Below, piece after piece: positions 18,895 to 29,423 of a stretch of DNA of 64,000 nucleotides. Within the stretch, counting starts at the first letter, position 1; every line of letters begins with the position of its first letter. Where the stretch lies: the NCBI GenBank assembly GCA_034670305.1, contig JAXMNT010000017.1, positions 32,001-96,000 of the forward strand, read 5' to 3'. The notes below the pieces were generated by a model. That model searched no databases. It was given only the letters and a program-made list of their open reading frames with translations, and was not told the DNA's origin. The translations under genes were made by a program, and so were the position numbers. The DNA is from Deltaproteobacteria bacterium (GTDB lineage Bacteria > Myxococcota_A > Polyangia > Polyangiales > Houyiibacteriaceae).

Positions 18895-20070
18895 ATGGCG
18901 AAGACATACGCCGACCTTCTCAAAGACGTCAAAGGCGCGATCCGTCAGGTCTCGCTGGACGACCTCCATGCCCGCATCGAAGCCGGCGAAGAGATCACCC
19001 TCGTCGACGTGCGCGAGAAGGACGAGTGGCGCCAGGGGCACATCCCTGGTGCCGTCCACCTGCCGCGCGGGTTCCTCGAGATGCAGGCGGAGAAGCGCCT
19101 GACCGACAAGCAAGCGACGATCGTCACCTACTGCGCGGGCGGCATTCGATCGGCGTTCGCGGCGAAGATCCTCTCCGAGCTCGGCTTCGAAAAAGTCGAG
19201 AGCGCGAACCCGGGGTTCAACGACTGGAAGGACAAGGGCTACCCGACCGACCGTCCCTTCGCGTTCACCGAAGCGCAGCTCAGCCGGTACAGCCGACACC
19301 TGCTCTTGCCGGAAGTCGGCGAGAAGGGGCAGGCCAAACTGCTCCAGAGCCGGGTGCTCCTGCTCGGCGCCGGCGGTCTTGGATCTCCGGCGGCGCTGTA
19401 CCTCGCGGCCGCGGGCGTCGGTACACTCGGCGTCATCGATGGCGACGTCGTCGACGCGTCGAACCTGCAGCGCCAGGTCATCCATGGCCTCGACAGCGTC
19501 GACCAGTCCAAGGTCGCGAGCGCGGCGGCGCGCATCGCCAACTTGAACCCGGACGTCCAGGTCATCCCCTTCGACGAGCGGCTCGACAGCTCGAACATCG
19601 ACCGGATCTTCGACCAGGGCTGGGACGTCATCGTGGACGGCCTCGACAACTTCCCGACCCGGTACCTCGTGAACGACGCGAGTGTCTGGAAAGACATCCC
19701 GGTCGTGCACGGGTCGATCTTCCGCTTCGACGGACAGGTCACGACGTTCTGGGCCGGTGAAGGTGCGGGACGTGGCCCCTGCTACCGCTGCTTGTACCCG
19801 GAGCCGCCCCCCGCCCACCTCGCGCCGAGCTGCGCCGAAGCGGGCGTGCTCGGCGTCTTGCCCGGCGTCATCGGCACCTTGCAGGCCACCGAAGCGATCA
19901 AGATCCTGCTCGGCCAGGGCGAGCCGCTCGTCGGCCGCTTGCTCCAGTACGACTCCATGGCGATGAGCTTCCGCAACTTCAAGTTGCCGAAGGATCCGGA
20001 CTGCGTGGTCTGCGGCAAGAGCCCCAGCATCACCGAGTACATCGACTACCAGGGTTTCTGCGCCGCGTAG
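18895..20070 (+). CDS. moeB: Rhodanese-MoeB (MoeZ-type) sulfur-carrier adenylyltransferase
   Basis: N-terminal rhodanese (DVRE, GHIPGA, YCAGGIRS); RYSRH, GAGGLGSP, SNLQRQ, CYRC, CVVC. Confidence 0.95.
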   Translation: MAKTYADLLKDVKGAIRQVSLDDLHARIEAGEEITLVDVREKDEWRQGHIPGAVHLPRGFLEMQAEKRLTDKQATIVTYCAGGIRSAFAAKILSELGFEKVESANPGFNDWKDKGYPTDRPFAFTEAQLSRYSRHLLLPEVGEKGQAKLLQSRVLLLGAGGLGSPAALYLAAAGVGTLGVIDGDVVDASNLQRQVIHGLDSVDQSKVASAAARIANLNPDVQVIPFDERLDSSNIDRIFDQGWDVIVDGLDNFPTRYLVNDASVWKDIPVVHGSIFRFDGQVTTFWAGEGAGRGPCYRCLYPEPPPAHLAPSCAEAGVLGVLPGVIGTLQATEAIKILLGQGEPLVGRLLQYDSMAMSFRNFKLPKDPDCVVCGKSPSITEYIDYQGFCAA

Positions 20071-20141
20071 AGTGGGCGGGTCACACCGCGCCCAGGTGGA
20101 ATGGCTGGCTTTGATGGGCGTTCGTTGCTAACGACACGCCA

Positions 20142-20837
20142 ATGGGCCTGTTCACGAAAAAAGAAGAGCTGCCTCCGATGCCGGCTGGACCGCCTCGCGC
20201 GGCCAAGTGGATCGGGGTCTGCCTCGCGGCGACGGCGCTCCTCACGGTCGCGGATCTGTGGAGCAAGGATTGGGCGCTCGAGACCCTGTCGGCCGAACGC
20301 ACGGCCGAGCCGCCGCCCGTCTGCGAGGCGAACGAACAGGGCTACATCGTCCACCAGCGGCGCCAGACCGAGGTGGTCGAGCTCGTCGAAGGCTCCCTCG
20401 AGTTCCGGTACCAGGAGAACTGCGGCGCGGCGTTCGGACTCTTCCGCAACCAGCCCGCGTGGGTGCGCAACTCGGTGTTCGGTCTCGCGGCCGTGCTGGC
20501 GAGCTTGGCGCTTCTGTGGATGTTCGCCAAGGGACGCGGGGGCCGCTTCTTCGCGATGAGCGTGCCCTTCGTCGTGAGCGGCGCGATCGGCAACCTCGTC
20601 GACCGGCTCCGGCTTGGTTACGTGGTGGACTTCATCCGTTTCTATTGGGATGGAGAACTCTTCGGCTTACGCGAGTGGCCGACCTTCAACGTCGCGGACG
20701 TGACGATCACCATCGGCGTGATCTTCCTGATCATCGACGGCTACCTCGAGGGCAAGCGACACAAGGCCTGGGCGGCGGAGCAGGGCGGCGTGCCAGCGCC
20801 CGGCGCGGTCGGCGACAAGAAGGCCAAAGCCGTCTAG
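20142..20837 (+). CDS. lspA: Lipoprotein signal peptidase II
   Basis: DLWSK, NCGAAFG, GAIGNLVDR, VVDFI, WPTFNVAD. Confidence 0.95.
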   Translation: MGLFTKKEELPPMPAGPPRAAKWIGVCLAATALLTVADLWSKDWALETLSAERTAEPPPVCEANEQGYIVHQRRQTEVVELVEGSLEFRYQENCGAAFGLFRNQPAWVRNSVFGLAAVLASLALLWMFAKGRGGRFFAMSVPFVVSGAIGNLVDRLRLGYVVDFIRFYWDGELFGLREWPTFNVADVTITIGVIFLIIDGYLEGKRHKAWAAEQGGVPAPGAVGDKKAKAV

Positions 20838-20861
20838 CCGCGGCGCCGTAGCCCCGCCGCC

Positions 20862-21833
20862 ATGTACCCCAACCTCCTCGAAGCGTTCGCCGAGCGTCTT
20901 CCGGAGTGGTTCCAGGAGCTGCCCGCGTACTTCGCCATGTTGATGGTGGGGTTCGGTCTCGCGATCTACCTGGCGCAGCGGCAGACGCGGCGCATGGATC
21001 TCGATCACGACACGATGATCGACCTCGGCCTCTTCGCGCTGATCTGGGGCATCGTCGGCTCCCGCCTGCTGCACGTGATCGCGGACGGGTACTTCTGGGA
21101 CTACGTGCACCTCTGTACCGATCCCAGCCTGGTCGAGTGGCAGATCACCGAAGCCCGGTGCGCGCGTGCCGAAGGGATCTGGGACCAAGCGGCGGGGGTC
21201 TGCCGGCCGGCGGGGCGCGACTGCTTTGCGTGGGCGGCGTTTTGGCGGGGTGGGCTCGCGTACTACGGCGGACTCATCGCCGCCGCGATCTACGGGATCC
21301 ACTTCCTCCGCAAAGAGAAGTTCCCGGTGATGAAGGGCGTGGATCTGGTCGGCATGGTGATGCCGATCGGACTGTTCTTCGGACGGCTCGGATGTTTCCT
21401 CGGCGGGTGCTGTTTCGGCACCGTGACCGACGCCGGCCACTGGTCCGCGGTGCGCTTTCCGGCATGGAGCGCGGCGAGCGAGTCGCAGTGGAAGCGCGGC
21501 CTGCTCGAGTGGCCGCACGTCGAGTCGCTCCCGGTCTACCCAGCCCAGCTCTTCGAGTCGATCGGCTGCTTGGCCATCGCGGCGTTCTGCATGCTCTGGG
21601 TGCATCCGAGAAAACGTTTCGACGGCCAGGTGATGTTCACGTTCCTGGGCGCCTACGCGGTGCTTCGGTTCGCGCTCGAGTACATCCGGGACGACGACCG
21701 CGGGGCGTTGCTCGGGCTGTCCACCTCGCAGTTGATCGGGGTCGGCGTGCTGGCGTTGATCGCGTACCTGTGGGTGACGATGCAGCGGAAGGCGCGGGCG
21801 GGGCTGGCGGCGCAGGAAGCGCCGAAGCCGTAG
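20862..21833 (+). CDS. lgt: Prolipoprotein diacylglyceryl transferase
   Basis: [47 protein letters not shown]. Confidence 0.93.
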   Translation: MYPNLLEAFAERLPEWFQELPAYFAMLMVGFGLAIYLAQRQTRRMDLDHDTMIDLGLFALIWGIVGSRLLHVIADGYFWDYVHLCTDPSLVEWQITEARCARAEGIWDQAAGVCRPAGRDCFAWAAFWRGGLAYYGGLIAAAIYGIHFLRKEKFPVMKGVDLVGMVMPIGLFFGRLGCFLGGCCFGTVTDAGHWSAVRFPAWSAASESQWKRGLLEWPHVESLPVYPAQLFESIGCLAIAAFCMLWVHPRKRFDGQVMFTFLGAYAVLRFALEYIRDDDRGALLGLSTSQLIGVGVLALIAYLWVTMQRKARAGLAAQEAPKP

Positions 21834-21873
21834 TCGGCGCTGGAGGCTGGAGCCGGCTGAGGCTGGCGCTGGT

Positions 21874-22071
21874 GCCGAAGCCGAAGCCGAAGCCGAAGCC
21901 GACGCCGAAGCCGAAGCCGAAGCCGAAGCCGAATCCGAATCCGAAGCCGAATCCGAATCCGAATCCGAATCCGAAGCCGAATCCGAAGCCGAAGCCGAAT
22001 CCGAAGCCGAAGCCGAATCCGAAGCCGAAGCCGAATGCGAATCCGAAGCCCGAAGCCGAGCCGAAGCCGAC
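21874..22071. repeat. Hexamer tract D: (GCCGAA/TCCGAA)n
   Basis: Direct reading; just downstream of lgt. Confidence 0.95.
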
Positions 22072-22134
22072 TGCCCGACCCCGGCCGGAGGGGGTTGGGT
22101 TGCCGTGGGGACGGGGGGGGCTTATCCCTCCAGG

Positions 22135-22605
22135 GTGAGCGACGACGATTCGGCCGAAGAGAGAGAGCCCACTCGACAGGAGCGGCGGAGCCGGCTCGAG
22201 GGGCTGTTTCGCGAAGCGTTTCGGAAAGCGATCGAGAAGGGGGTCGAAGCGGGCGTCGGCACGCTGAGCAAGGCCGACAAAGCCGTGCGCGACGTCGTCG
22301 ACGATGTGCCGCTCCCGAAGGAGCTCCTCGGGTACGTGTTCAGCCAGGTGGACGACACCAAGAACGCGCTCGTGCGGGTCGTCGCCGGGGAGGTGCGCGA
22401 GTTCTTGGACGCGACCGATGTCGCCGGCGAACTGCAGCGCGCGCTCACGAGTCTGTCGTTCGAGATCAAGACCGAGGTTCGGTTCATCCCGAACGACGCC
22501 GGCGGTGTGAAGCCCCAGGTGAAGGTCGCCGCTGTGCCCAAGGTCAAGAAGAGTGACCGCACCGACCGCAAGTCCGAGCGTCCGCCGAAGGCCGAAGAAG
22601 AGTAA
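22135..22605 (+). CDS. Hypothetical helical protein
   Basis: GTG start; coding-like composition; 6 bp before the next gene. Confidence 0.75.
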   Translation: MSDDDSAEEREPTRQERRSRLEGLFREAFRKAIEKGVEAGVGTLSKADKAVRDVVDDVPLPKELLGYVFSQVDDTKNALVRVVAGEVREFLDATDVAGELQRALTSLSFEIKTEVRFIPNDAGGVKPQVKVAAVPKVKKSDRTDRKSERPPKAEEE

Positions 22606-22611
22606 GCCACC

Positions 22612-23730
22612 GTGCCCTCGGTCCTGTTCGTTTCGAAGCCCGTCGAGCCCCCGTGGAACGACAGCAGCAAGAACCTCGTGCGCGACCTCGTCGGGGCGCT
22701 GCGCGGGTTCGAGCCGACCGTCATGGTCCGGCAGGGGTCGCGTGCACCGGGGCGTGCCCGCGCCTCGGGGGTGTACGGCGCCAAGTCGGGCGGCTTCTCG
22801 CCGGCGCTGGTCGACAACGCGCGGGTGCTGGGGCGCTTGGCGGCTGGTCCGTCGGCGGACATCTGGCACTTCTTCTTTGCGCCCAACCCGAGGACTGCGA
22901 AGGCGGCCCGCGCGGTTTCCCGCCTGCGCCGGGTGCCGACGGTGCACACCATCTGTTCGGCGCCCCGCGAAGACCTGCCGCTCGCCCCGAGCCTCTTCGC
23001 CGACCGCATCGTCGTGCTCAGCGCCCACACCCAGCGCCGGTTCGCGCGCGAGGGCATCGCGTCGACCCGCATCGCTCCAGCGATCACCCCGCTCGATGTG
23101 CCGACCGAGAAGGAGCGGCGCGCCGCACGGGCGCGGCTACAACTCCCGATGGACGGCGCGCTCATCGTGTACCCAGGCGACCTCGAGTTCGGCCACGGCG
23201 CGCGCACGACCATCGAAGCGTTTGCGCGATTGCCCGACGCGCACTTGGTGATGGCGTGCCGGCGCAAGACGCCCGAGGCGCGCGTGAAAGAAGACGAACT
23301 GCGTCGGCTGGCACGGCGCCGTGCCCCGGGTCGCGTGCACTGGATCGGCGAGACCCCGCACGTCCACGCGTTGCTCGGGGCGGCGGACGTGATCGCGCTT
23401 CCGACCGACACGCTCTTCGCGAAGATGGACTACCCACTCGTGCTCTTGGAGGCGATGTCGCAGGAGCGGGCCGTCGTCGTGGCCGAACACACGCCGGCGG
23501 CCGAGCTCGCGGTGCCCGCGCCGGAAGACGGGGCGGATGGGCAGGAACACGCGGCGGCCGCGGTGCCGCCCGACGTGGACGCATTGGAGGCGACCCTTCG
23601 GCGCTTGCTCGAGAACGACGACGAGCGGGCGCGGATCGGGGCGGCCGGCCGGCGCGCGGTGCTGCAGCGTTTCTCCCCCGGTCCGATGGCGCGCGCGTAC
23701 GAAGCACTCTACGAGGAGTTGCACACGTGA
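22612..23730 (+). CDS. Glycosyltransferase family 4 (GT-B)
   Basis: ADVIALP..YPLVLLEAM; RARIGAAGRRAVLQRFS..MARAYEALY. Confidence 0.88.
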   Translation: MPSVLFVSKPVEPPWNDSSKNLVRDLVGALRGFEPTVMVRQGSRAPGRARASGVYGAKSGGFSPALVDNARVLGRLAAGPSADIWHFFFAPNPRTAKAARAVSRLRRVPTVHTICSAPREDLPLAPSLFADRIVVLSAHTQRRFAREGIASTRIAPAITPLDVPTEKERRAARARLQLPMDGALIVYPGDLEFGHGARTTIEAFARLPDAHLVMACRRKTPEARVKEDELRRLARRRAPGRVHWIGETPHVHALLGAADVIALPTDTLFAKMDYPLVLLEAMSQERAVVVAEHTPAAELAVPAPEDGADGQEHAAAAVPPDVDALEATLRRLLENDDERARIGAAGRRAVLQRFSPGPMARAYEALYEELHT

Positions 23731-23764
23731 GGCGCCCACGCGCCGACCTTCCCCAAGACGCATC

Positions 23765-24475
23765 ATGAACTCCGACAACCAGGCCTATTACGACGACTTC
23801 GCGAGCGGCTACGAAGACGAGCGCGGCCGCGGCTACCACCAGCTGATCGACGACCTCGAACTCGACGTGCTGCGCCCGCTCGTTCAGCATCGAGAGGTGC
23901 TCGAGCTGGGCTGTGGCACCGGCCTCATTCTTCAACACGTCAAGCCACTGGCCAGGCGCGCACACGGCATCGATCTCTCACCGGGCATGATCGCGACGGC
24001 GCGCACCCGCGGTCTCGACGTCTCGGTGGCGAGTGTGTACGAGCTGCCGTTCGCGGACGGCGCGTTCGATCTTCTCTACAGCTTCAAGGTGCTCGCGCAC
24101 ATTCCCGACTTGCCGCGCGCGCTCGCCGAAGCCGCACGGGTCACGAAGCCAGGCGGCAAGGTCGTCATCGAACTCTACAACCCGATGAGCCTTCGCTACC
24201 TCGCGAAGCGGATTGCCGGTCCGCAGCCGATCAGTGACGGTCGCACGGAAGCCGACGTGTTCACGCAATGGCATGCGCCGTGGCAGGTTCAGGAGAATCT
24301 TCCGGACACGCTGAAGGTGTCTCAGGTCGCCGGGGTACGCGTGTTGACGCCGGCCGCATTCTTCCATCGGCTGCCCGTGGTGGCGCCCATTCTTCGTGCC
24401 GGCGAACGCGCGGCATTGCGATCGCCGCTCCGGTGGTTCGGCGGTTTTCTGGTCGTCGTACTCGACCGGGTCTGA
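23765..24475 (+). CDS. Class I SAM-dependent methyltransferase
   Basis: VLELGCGTG, GIDLS, LPFADGAFD, RVTKPGG. Confidence 0.92.
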   Translation: MNSDNQAYYDDFASGYEDERGRGYHQLIDDLELDVLRPLVQHREVLELGCGTGLILQHVKPLARRAHGIDLSPGMIATARTRGLDVSVASVYELPFADGAFDLLYSFKVLAHIPDLPRALAEAARVTKPGGKVVIELYNPMSLRYLAKRIAGPQPISDGRTEADVFTQWHAPWQVQENLPDTLKVSQVAGVRVLTPAAFFHRLPVVAPILRAGERAALRSPLRWFGGFLVVVLDRV

Positions 24476-24542
24476 GCTCGCGAACCGGTCGGCGGAGACT
24501 CGGTGTTGCGGGCCCGGTTGGGACTCGTTATACGAGCGACTG

Positions 24543-25475
24543 ATGGTCGGACCAGGAGAGAGCGCGGTGGGACGTTTGCGGCGTCGTGCCGAAGACGCGC
24601 TGGAGGGGCGACGCCACACCGAGGCGGAGACGCTCCTCGATCGTCTGCTGGAAATGGCGGAGGGCGAAGACGCGCTCTTCGCGCACCGTCAGTTGGCTCA
24701 GCTTCGACTCGAACGGCACCCGTGGCGCGCGGCGCTGCATCTGCGCCACGTGCTCAAGTACACCCAGCACGACGACGTGCCGCACGCGATGATGGGGTTG
24801 TGCCAGGCGCTGCTCGGCAACTACCGCGCGGCGGTCTCCTCGTACCGGCGCGCGCTGCAGGAGGCGCCCGGCACGCCGTGGTACCTGCACAACCTCGGGC
24901 ACCTGCTCGACGTCGCCCTCGACCAACCCAAGGTCGCGCTGGCGCCCCTCGAAGAAGCCTTCCGGCTGGAACCGACCCACGACGAAATCGCCGCGAGCCT
25001 CGGTCACTGCGTCGCGCGGCTCGGCGACCTCGAACGCGCGCTGCAACTCGCGAAGCAGGCCACCGACTACGCGCCGCAGAACCGCGACCACCGCCGACTC
25101 CTGAAGTGGGTCCAGAACGGCGCGCCCCCGGAAGGAATGAGCGACCCGGCGGAGCCCACCGCGGGTCTCGACACCAAAGTCCGCGAGTCGTTCGAGAAGC
25201 ACATGGCCTCGGCCGGCTTCACGCACGCCCAGGTGGATCATGCGAGAGACCTCTGGCGCGACTTCACCGAGCGGCGCGTGGTCCGCACCCGCAAGCCGGC
25301 CGTGCTGGCGGCCGCCATCGAATACGCCATCGCGGTGATTCACCGTCGGCGCGGCGTCACCCAAGCCAAGATCGCGCGACGCTACGGCGTGGCCGCCGGC
25401 TCGCTCTCGTCCCGCTACGGCGAGATCCGAGACGCGCTCGCGCTTCGTCCCAACGATCCGCGCTACGCCGGCTGA
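24543..25475 (+). CDS. TPR protein with C-terminal TFIIB/cyclin-like helical HTH domain
   Basis: TPR motifs (LGNYRAAVSSYRRAL, YLHNLG, SLGHC); tail RKPAVLAAAIEY...TQAKIARRYGV...LSSRYGEI; alternative GTG start at 24567. Confidence 0.8.
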   Translation: MVGPGESAVGRLRRRAEDALEGRRHTEAETLLDRLLEMAEGEDALFAHRQLAQLRLERHPWRAALHLRHVLKYTQHDDVPHAMMGLCQALLGNYRAAVSSYRRALQEAPGTPWYLHNLGHLLDVALDQPKVALAPLEEAFRLEPTHDEIAASLGHCVARLGDLERALQLAKQATDYAPQNRDHRRLLKWVQNGAPPEGMSDPAEPTAGLDTKVRESFEKHMASAGFTHAQVDHARDLWRDFTERRVVRTRKPAVLAAAIEYAIAVIHRRRGVTQAKIARRYGVAAGSLSSRYGEIRDALALRPNDPRYAG

Positions 25476-25523
25476 GTGCCGAAAACTTGGGCGCGGCGTT
25501 CGGTGCGCGGTACCCCGAGGGAG

Positions 25524-26450
25524 ATGGATCCCAACGTCCCCACCGCGAGCAGTCTGGGCCGCGCGCTGCTGCGGTTGTCGCACGCCCGTGCCACCGGCAC
25601 GCTCGAGGTACGCGGTGGGCGGTTTCGTCGTGGGGGGCGTCGAGCCCGCTTCGTGCTGCACTCCGGACGTGCGGTCGCGGTGGACCTACCGGGCGTCGCG
25701 CCGCTCCATGAGTTCGTGGACATGGATCTCGACGCGCACCGGTCGATGCTTCCTGAACTCGAGGGGCGGGCGGGTCCCATCGGGCAGCGGCTCGTACGCG
25801 GTGGACTCTTGCCTGCGGCTGGGCTCACCCACGCACTGCGGCGGCAGATGCGTGCGCGGACGATCGAAGTGTTCTCTTGGCCGGTCGCCGAGTTCGCCTT
25901 TGCGCCGATCGCCGCGGCGGTGCCCACCATCGATCGGCCGATGTCGATCGGCGACCTGGTCGCGTTCGCTTGTCGCGGATCTCTGCGGGTGCCCAGCGTG
26001 GTGCGCCGTCGACTCGAGCGGGCCACGTTTGGACTGACCGACCGGGGACGGCACGCGCTCGCGGAGTCGGCGCTCTACCCAGAAGAGATGGCCATGCACC
26101 AGGTGCTCACCGCGCAACCGATGTTGGGCGAGTCCCTGCTCTCGGTGGGCGGCGGCGCGCAGCGTGCGGAGACCGCCCTCTACGGATGGAGTCTCGTCGG
26201 CATCGTGCGCGAGCGGTCGGTCGAGACGAGCAGCCACCGGACGCTCCTGCGCAAGCGCCGCCAACTCGGCCAGGCGGACGCACGCGGCCTGCTGGAGCTG
26301 GATCAGACGACCGGACGCAGCGCCCGCCAGAACCTCACCCGCCTCCTCTGCGACGTACACCCCGACAAGTTCGGCCCCGACCTCCAGCGCAGCTCCGGCG
26401 AGGTCGTCCAGGCGCTTCTGCGCGCCGAACGAGACCTGCGAGAGAAGTAG
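25524..26450 (+). CDS. DUF4388-like domain protein with degenerate J-domain (HPD)
   Basis: [14 protein letters not shown] pattern; [12 protein letters not shown]-terminal LLEL..VHPDKF. Confidence 0.7.
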   Translation: MDPNVPTASSLGRALLRLSHARATGTLEVRGGRFRRGGRRARFVLHSGRAVAVDLPGVAPLHEFVDMDLDAHRSMLPELEGRAGPIGQRLVRGGLLPAAGLTHALRRQMRARTIEVFSWPVAEFAFAPIAAAVPTIDRPMSIGDLVAFACRGSLRVPSVVRRRLERATFGLTDRGRHALAESALYPEEMAMHQVLTAQPMLGESLLSVGGGAQRAETALYGWSLVGIVRERSVETSSHRTLLRKRRQLGQADARGLLELDQTTGRSARQNLTRLLCDVHPDKFGPDLQRSSGEVVQALLRAERDLREK

Positions 26451-26469
26451 CGCGCCGCGCTTCGGGCGG

Positions 26470-26747
26470 GTTCGGCCTCGCTCGGCTTCGGCTTCGCTCG
26501 GCTTCGGCTTCGCTCGGCTTCGGCCCCGAACCACGGGCACGGGCACGGGCACGGGAACCGCGCAGCCTCTCCTTCGGATTCGGCTTCGGATTCGGCTTGG
26601 GGCTCGGCTTCGGCTTCGGGATCGGGATCGGGATCGGCTTCGGGATCGGCTTCGGGATCGCCTTCGGGATCGGCATCGGGATCGGCATCGGGATCGGCCT
26701 CGGGATCGGCTCCGGGATCGGCCTCGGCTTCGGCTTCGGCTTCGGCG
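26470..26747. repeat. Hexamer tract E: (TTCGGC/ATCGGG)n with internal (CACGGG)4 at 26532-26555
   Basis: Direct reading; between convergent stops 26450 and 26832. Confidence 0.95.
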
Positions 26748-26763
26748 GCAACAGACCGCCAAG

Positions 26764-26796
26764 AGAAAACCCCCGAGCCAAACCGGCGCGGGGGTT
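26764..26796 (-). terminator. Intrinsic terminator of the minus-strand operon
   Basis: Minus strand AACCCCCG...CGGGGGTT followed by TTCT. Confidence 0.7.
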
Positions 26797-26831
26797 CACT
26801 TCGCTTTGGGGGCGCAGAGGCGCCACCGACG

Positions 26832-29423
26832 TCACTCTTCGGGCAACCACCAGGGCACGCCGCCTTCTTGGCCGGCGCCGCCTTCTTGGCCGCCGCCTTC
26901 CTGGCCGCCGCCGCCTTCCTGGCCGCCGCCGCCTTCCTGGCCGCCGCCACCTTCCTGGCCGCCGCCGCCTTCCTGGCCGCCGCCGCCTTCCTGGCCGCCG
27001 CCTTCGCCACGCATCCACCACGGCTGATCCGGGTCACCGCCCTGGTTGCCCTGGCCCTGGTTGCCTTGGCCCTGGTTGCCTTGGCCCTGGTTGCCTTGGC
27101 CCTGGTTCGGGTTCGTGGTGCGTGCGGCCTGGCGCACTTCCCACCACGGCCGACCGATGGTGCCGTTGCTCGCCAGTCGTTCGGCGCGGGACCACCAGAA
27201 TCGGTCCGTCGGCGCAGCCCGAGGAGCGGTCGGTTGGGCACCGGGGCGCAGGTTCACCGTGAAGGTCGCGCGCATCCGGCGCTGCCGGAACGGCGGGAAC
27301 TCGATGGCGGCGACCACGGGGTTGATGCACGCCGCGAACTCGGGCGTGTTCGGTGCGAATCGGAAGTCCCGCGGGGATCCGTCTTGTTCGAGAATGAACA
27401 CGACGCGCATCTGTCCGAGCCGCGGGTTGCGTTCCAGTTCGTTCTCGACACAGCCGCGCATGCCCTCGGTCTGGGTCGCGAAGGCGTCGTTGATCTGCCG
27501 CTGACTCAAACGCATCGGCCGGCCGGCGCGCTCCTGCCGAGCTGCTTCCGCAGCCGCTGCGGCGGCCGCTTCCGTCTCCGCCAGCGCGGCGGCTTCGGCG
27601 TCTTGCACTTCGCGTTCGAAGAGTCCGTTGATGGCGAGGGTGAGGGGCGCGAGCGTGCCGGCCTTGGCCATCAGTTCGCGCAGCAGTGTTCGTCCTTCGT
27701 CCCCGCCGTGGCGGAAGATGCCCTCGGCCGCGACCGCGATCGACTGCGGCGCCTCCGCGAAGGTGGAGTCCGCGTGGTAGAGGATCAGGAACGAGCGAAG
27801 CGCCGGAACGACGCTCTCGTCGCCGAGCTCCACGATCCCGCGAATCACCAGCGGCAGTTCAGCGGCCGGGGTCTCGTGGTCGAGCATGTGTCGAACGAGG
27901 CCGGTGACGGCGTCCTTCTTCTCCTGCTGAAGCAGGGCCGGCACGATGAGCGAGAGCGGCGGCGCCGGCGTCTCCTCGAGGTAGTCGTAGCGGGTCTCGA
28001 GCGCAGTCACGAGGTGCTCCGTGCCGACGGTGCGCTCGCGCAGCACGTTGCCGATGGTCTCGCGGAGGGCACCGGGCACATGGCGTTGCGCGTAGAGGTC
28101 GAGCAAGACGCGCGTGATCTCTGGGTCCTGCATCGCCGCCAGCTGTTCGATCGCGAACGAGCGTGCAGGCACGAGGCGGTTGTCCGGGTCGCCTGCGATC
28201 TCGGTCAACGACGTGAGCAGGTCCACCGGTTCGCCGGCTTCACCACCCGGGTCGAACCCGAGCACGTCGATGCCCGCCGACGCGAGCTCCATCTCGGACC
28301 CACCGGTCCAGCGGTCGTTGCCAGTGGCCGGGTGCAGCACCCGCATCGCGCCCTGTTCGCCCACGGTGAAGAGCCCGCTCTCGAGCACGGTCGCGTTGAT
28401 GACGTCCTGGTCGAGCTTGCGGCTCCACACGAGCACGTTGTCGGTGTCGAACGCGAAGACGTAGCGGTAGTAGACGAAGTAGAACCGGTCGCCGAGGACG
28501 GGCACCGTCTCGGGATCCGTGCTGGTGGCGGGTGCGAAGTAGATTCGGATCCGGCCGCGCGCGCTGCGGGTGCCCGGAAGTGGGTAGAAGCTGTCGTCTT
28601 CGACCAGCGGCTCCCGCGGCGCGAACGGAATCGGCGGCTCGCGGTAGGTGCTCTCTGCTTTGGTGCCGGCGAACGACCGCTCGTTGAGCTGGTAGATGCC
28701 TTGGGCGCCGTAGAAGAGTCCAGCCGGTTCCGCGCGCACCCAGGCGAGCACGTCGTCCGTGGAGCGCAGCCGGGCCTTTTCGAGGCCGGTGGCCAAATCG
28801 AGGATCGCAATGTTCTGCCGGTCCCACGGGACGAACGCGTAGTTGCCGTAGGCCACGGGGCGGCCGAGCACGCCGGCGATCTCGTGGTCCCAGATTCCGC
28901 GCCCCGTACGCGCGTCCACCGCGCGCAGATGTCCGACCCGGGTGGCGCCGCCCGCGACACCCACGCTGACGACGTAGAGCACGGTGTTGCCGGTGCGGCT
29001 GGCGCCGACGTACGCGAGGCTCTCGAGCGGACCGGTCCAGAGTTCGTTTCCGGTACGAAGGTCGAGCGCCACGACGGCGTCGCGCCGGCTCGTGAGGATG
29101 ACGTCGCCGAGGATCTCGGGCCGCGTGCGGGCATCGAACGCTTTGCGCCAAAGCGGCACGCCATCGAGGCCGAGCGCGATCAGTTCGGGCGTCTCGCCGT
29201 GGGTGGTCGCGACCACCATCGGTTGGCCGCTCGCGTTGTTGGGCGCGGCAGGCCGTACGCCGGGGAGGGAGGCGAGCACCGGCTCCATGTCGGCCTGCTC
29301 GTTGTCTGCGAAGTGGTGGCTGAACGCGTCCGTGTAGCCGGTGTAGCTCACGCAGCCCGAGGCGAACGCCAGGATGCCCACCAAGAGGAACTTCGGAACG
29401 TGGTTGGTCGAAACGCAGGTCAT
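26832..29423 (-). CDS. Multidomain lipoprotein: PQQ-like beta-propeller, HEAT repeats, AgmX/PglI(TonB-C)-like domain, Gln/Gly tail
   Basis: LAFASGC lipobox; [11 protein letters not shown]-type blades; [20 protein letters not shown]-like helices; MRGC..GQMRVVF..FAACI...IEFPPF; (QGQGN)n and (QEGGGG)n. Confidence 0.85.
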   Translation of the reverse strand: MTCVSTNHVPKFLLVGILAFASGCVSYTGYTDAFSHHFADNEQADMEPVLASLPGVRPAAPNNASGQPMVVATTHGETPELIALGLDGVPLWRKAFDARTRPEILGDVILTSRRDAVVALDLRTGNELWTGPLESLAYVGASRTGNTVLYVVSVGVAGGATRVGHLRAVDARTGRGIWDHEIAGVLGRPVAYGNYAFVPWDRQNIAILDLATGLEKARLRSTDDVLAWVRAEPAGLFYGAQGIYQLNERSFAGTKAESTYREPPIPFAPREPLVEDDSFYPLPGTRSARGRIRIYFAPATSTDPETVPVLGDRFYFVYYRYVFAFDTDNVLVWSRKLDQDVINATVLESGLFTVGEQGAMRVLHPATGNDRWTGGSEMELASAGIDVLGFDPGGEAGEPVDLLTSLTEIAGDPDNRLVPARSFAIEQLAAMQDPEITRVLLDLYAQRHVPGALRETIGNVLRERTVGTEHLVTALETRYDYLEETPAPPLSLIVPALLQQEKKDAVTGLVRHMLDHETPAAELPLVIRGIVELGDESVVPALRSFLILYHADSTFAEAPQSIAVAAEGIFRHGGDEGRTLLRELMAKAGTLAPLTLAINGLFEREVQDAEAAALAETEAAAAAAAEAARQERAGRPMRLSQRQINDAFATQTEGMRGCVENELERNPRLGQMRVVFILEQDGSPRDFRFAPNTPEFAACINPVVAAIEFPPFRQRRMRATFTVNLRPGAQPTAPRAAPTDRFWWSRAERLASNGTIGRPWWEVRQAARTTNPNQGQGNQGQGNQGQGNQGQGNQGGDPDQPWWMRGEGGGQEGGGGQEGGGGQEGGGGQEGGGGQEGGGGQEGGGQEGGAGQEGGVPWWLPEE

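Noticed and set aside
26865-27110. 18-bp and 15-bp tandem repeats as a non-coding element
   Set aside because: They encode the in-frame QEGGGG/QGQGN tail of the 863-aa lipoprotein
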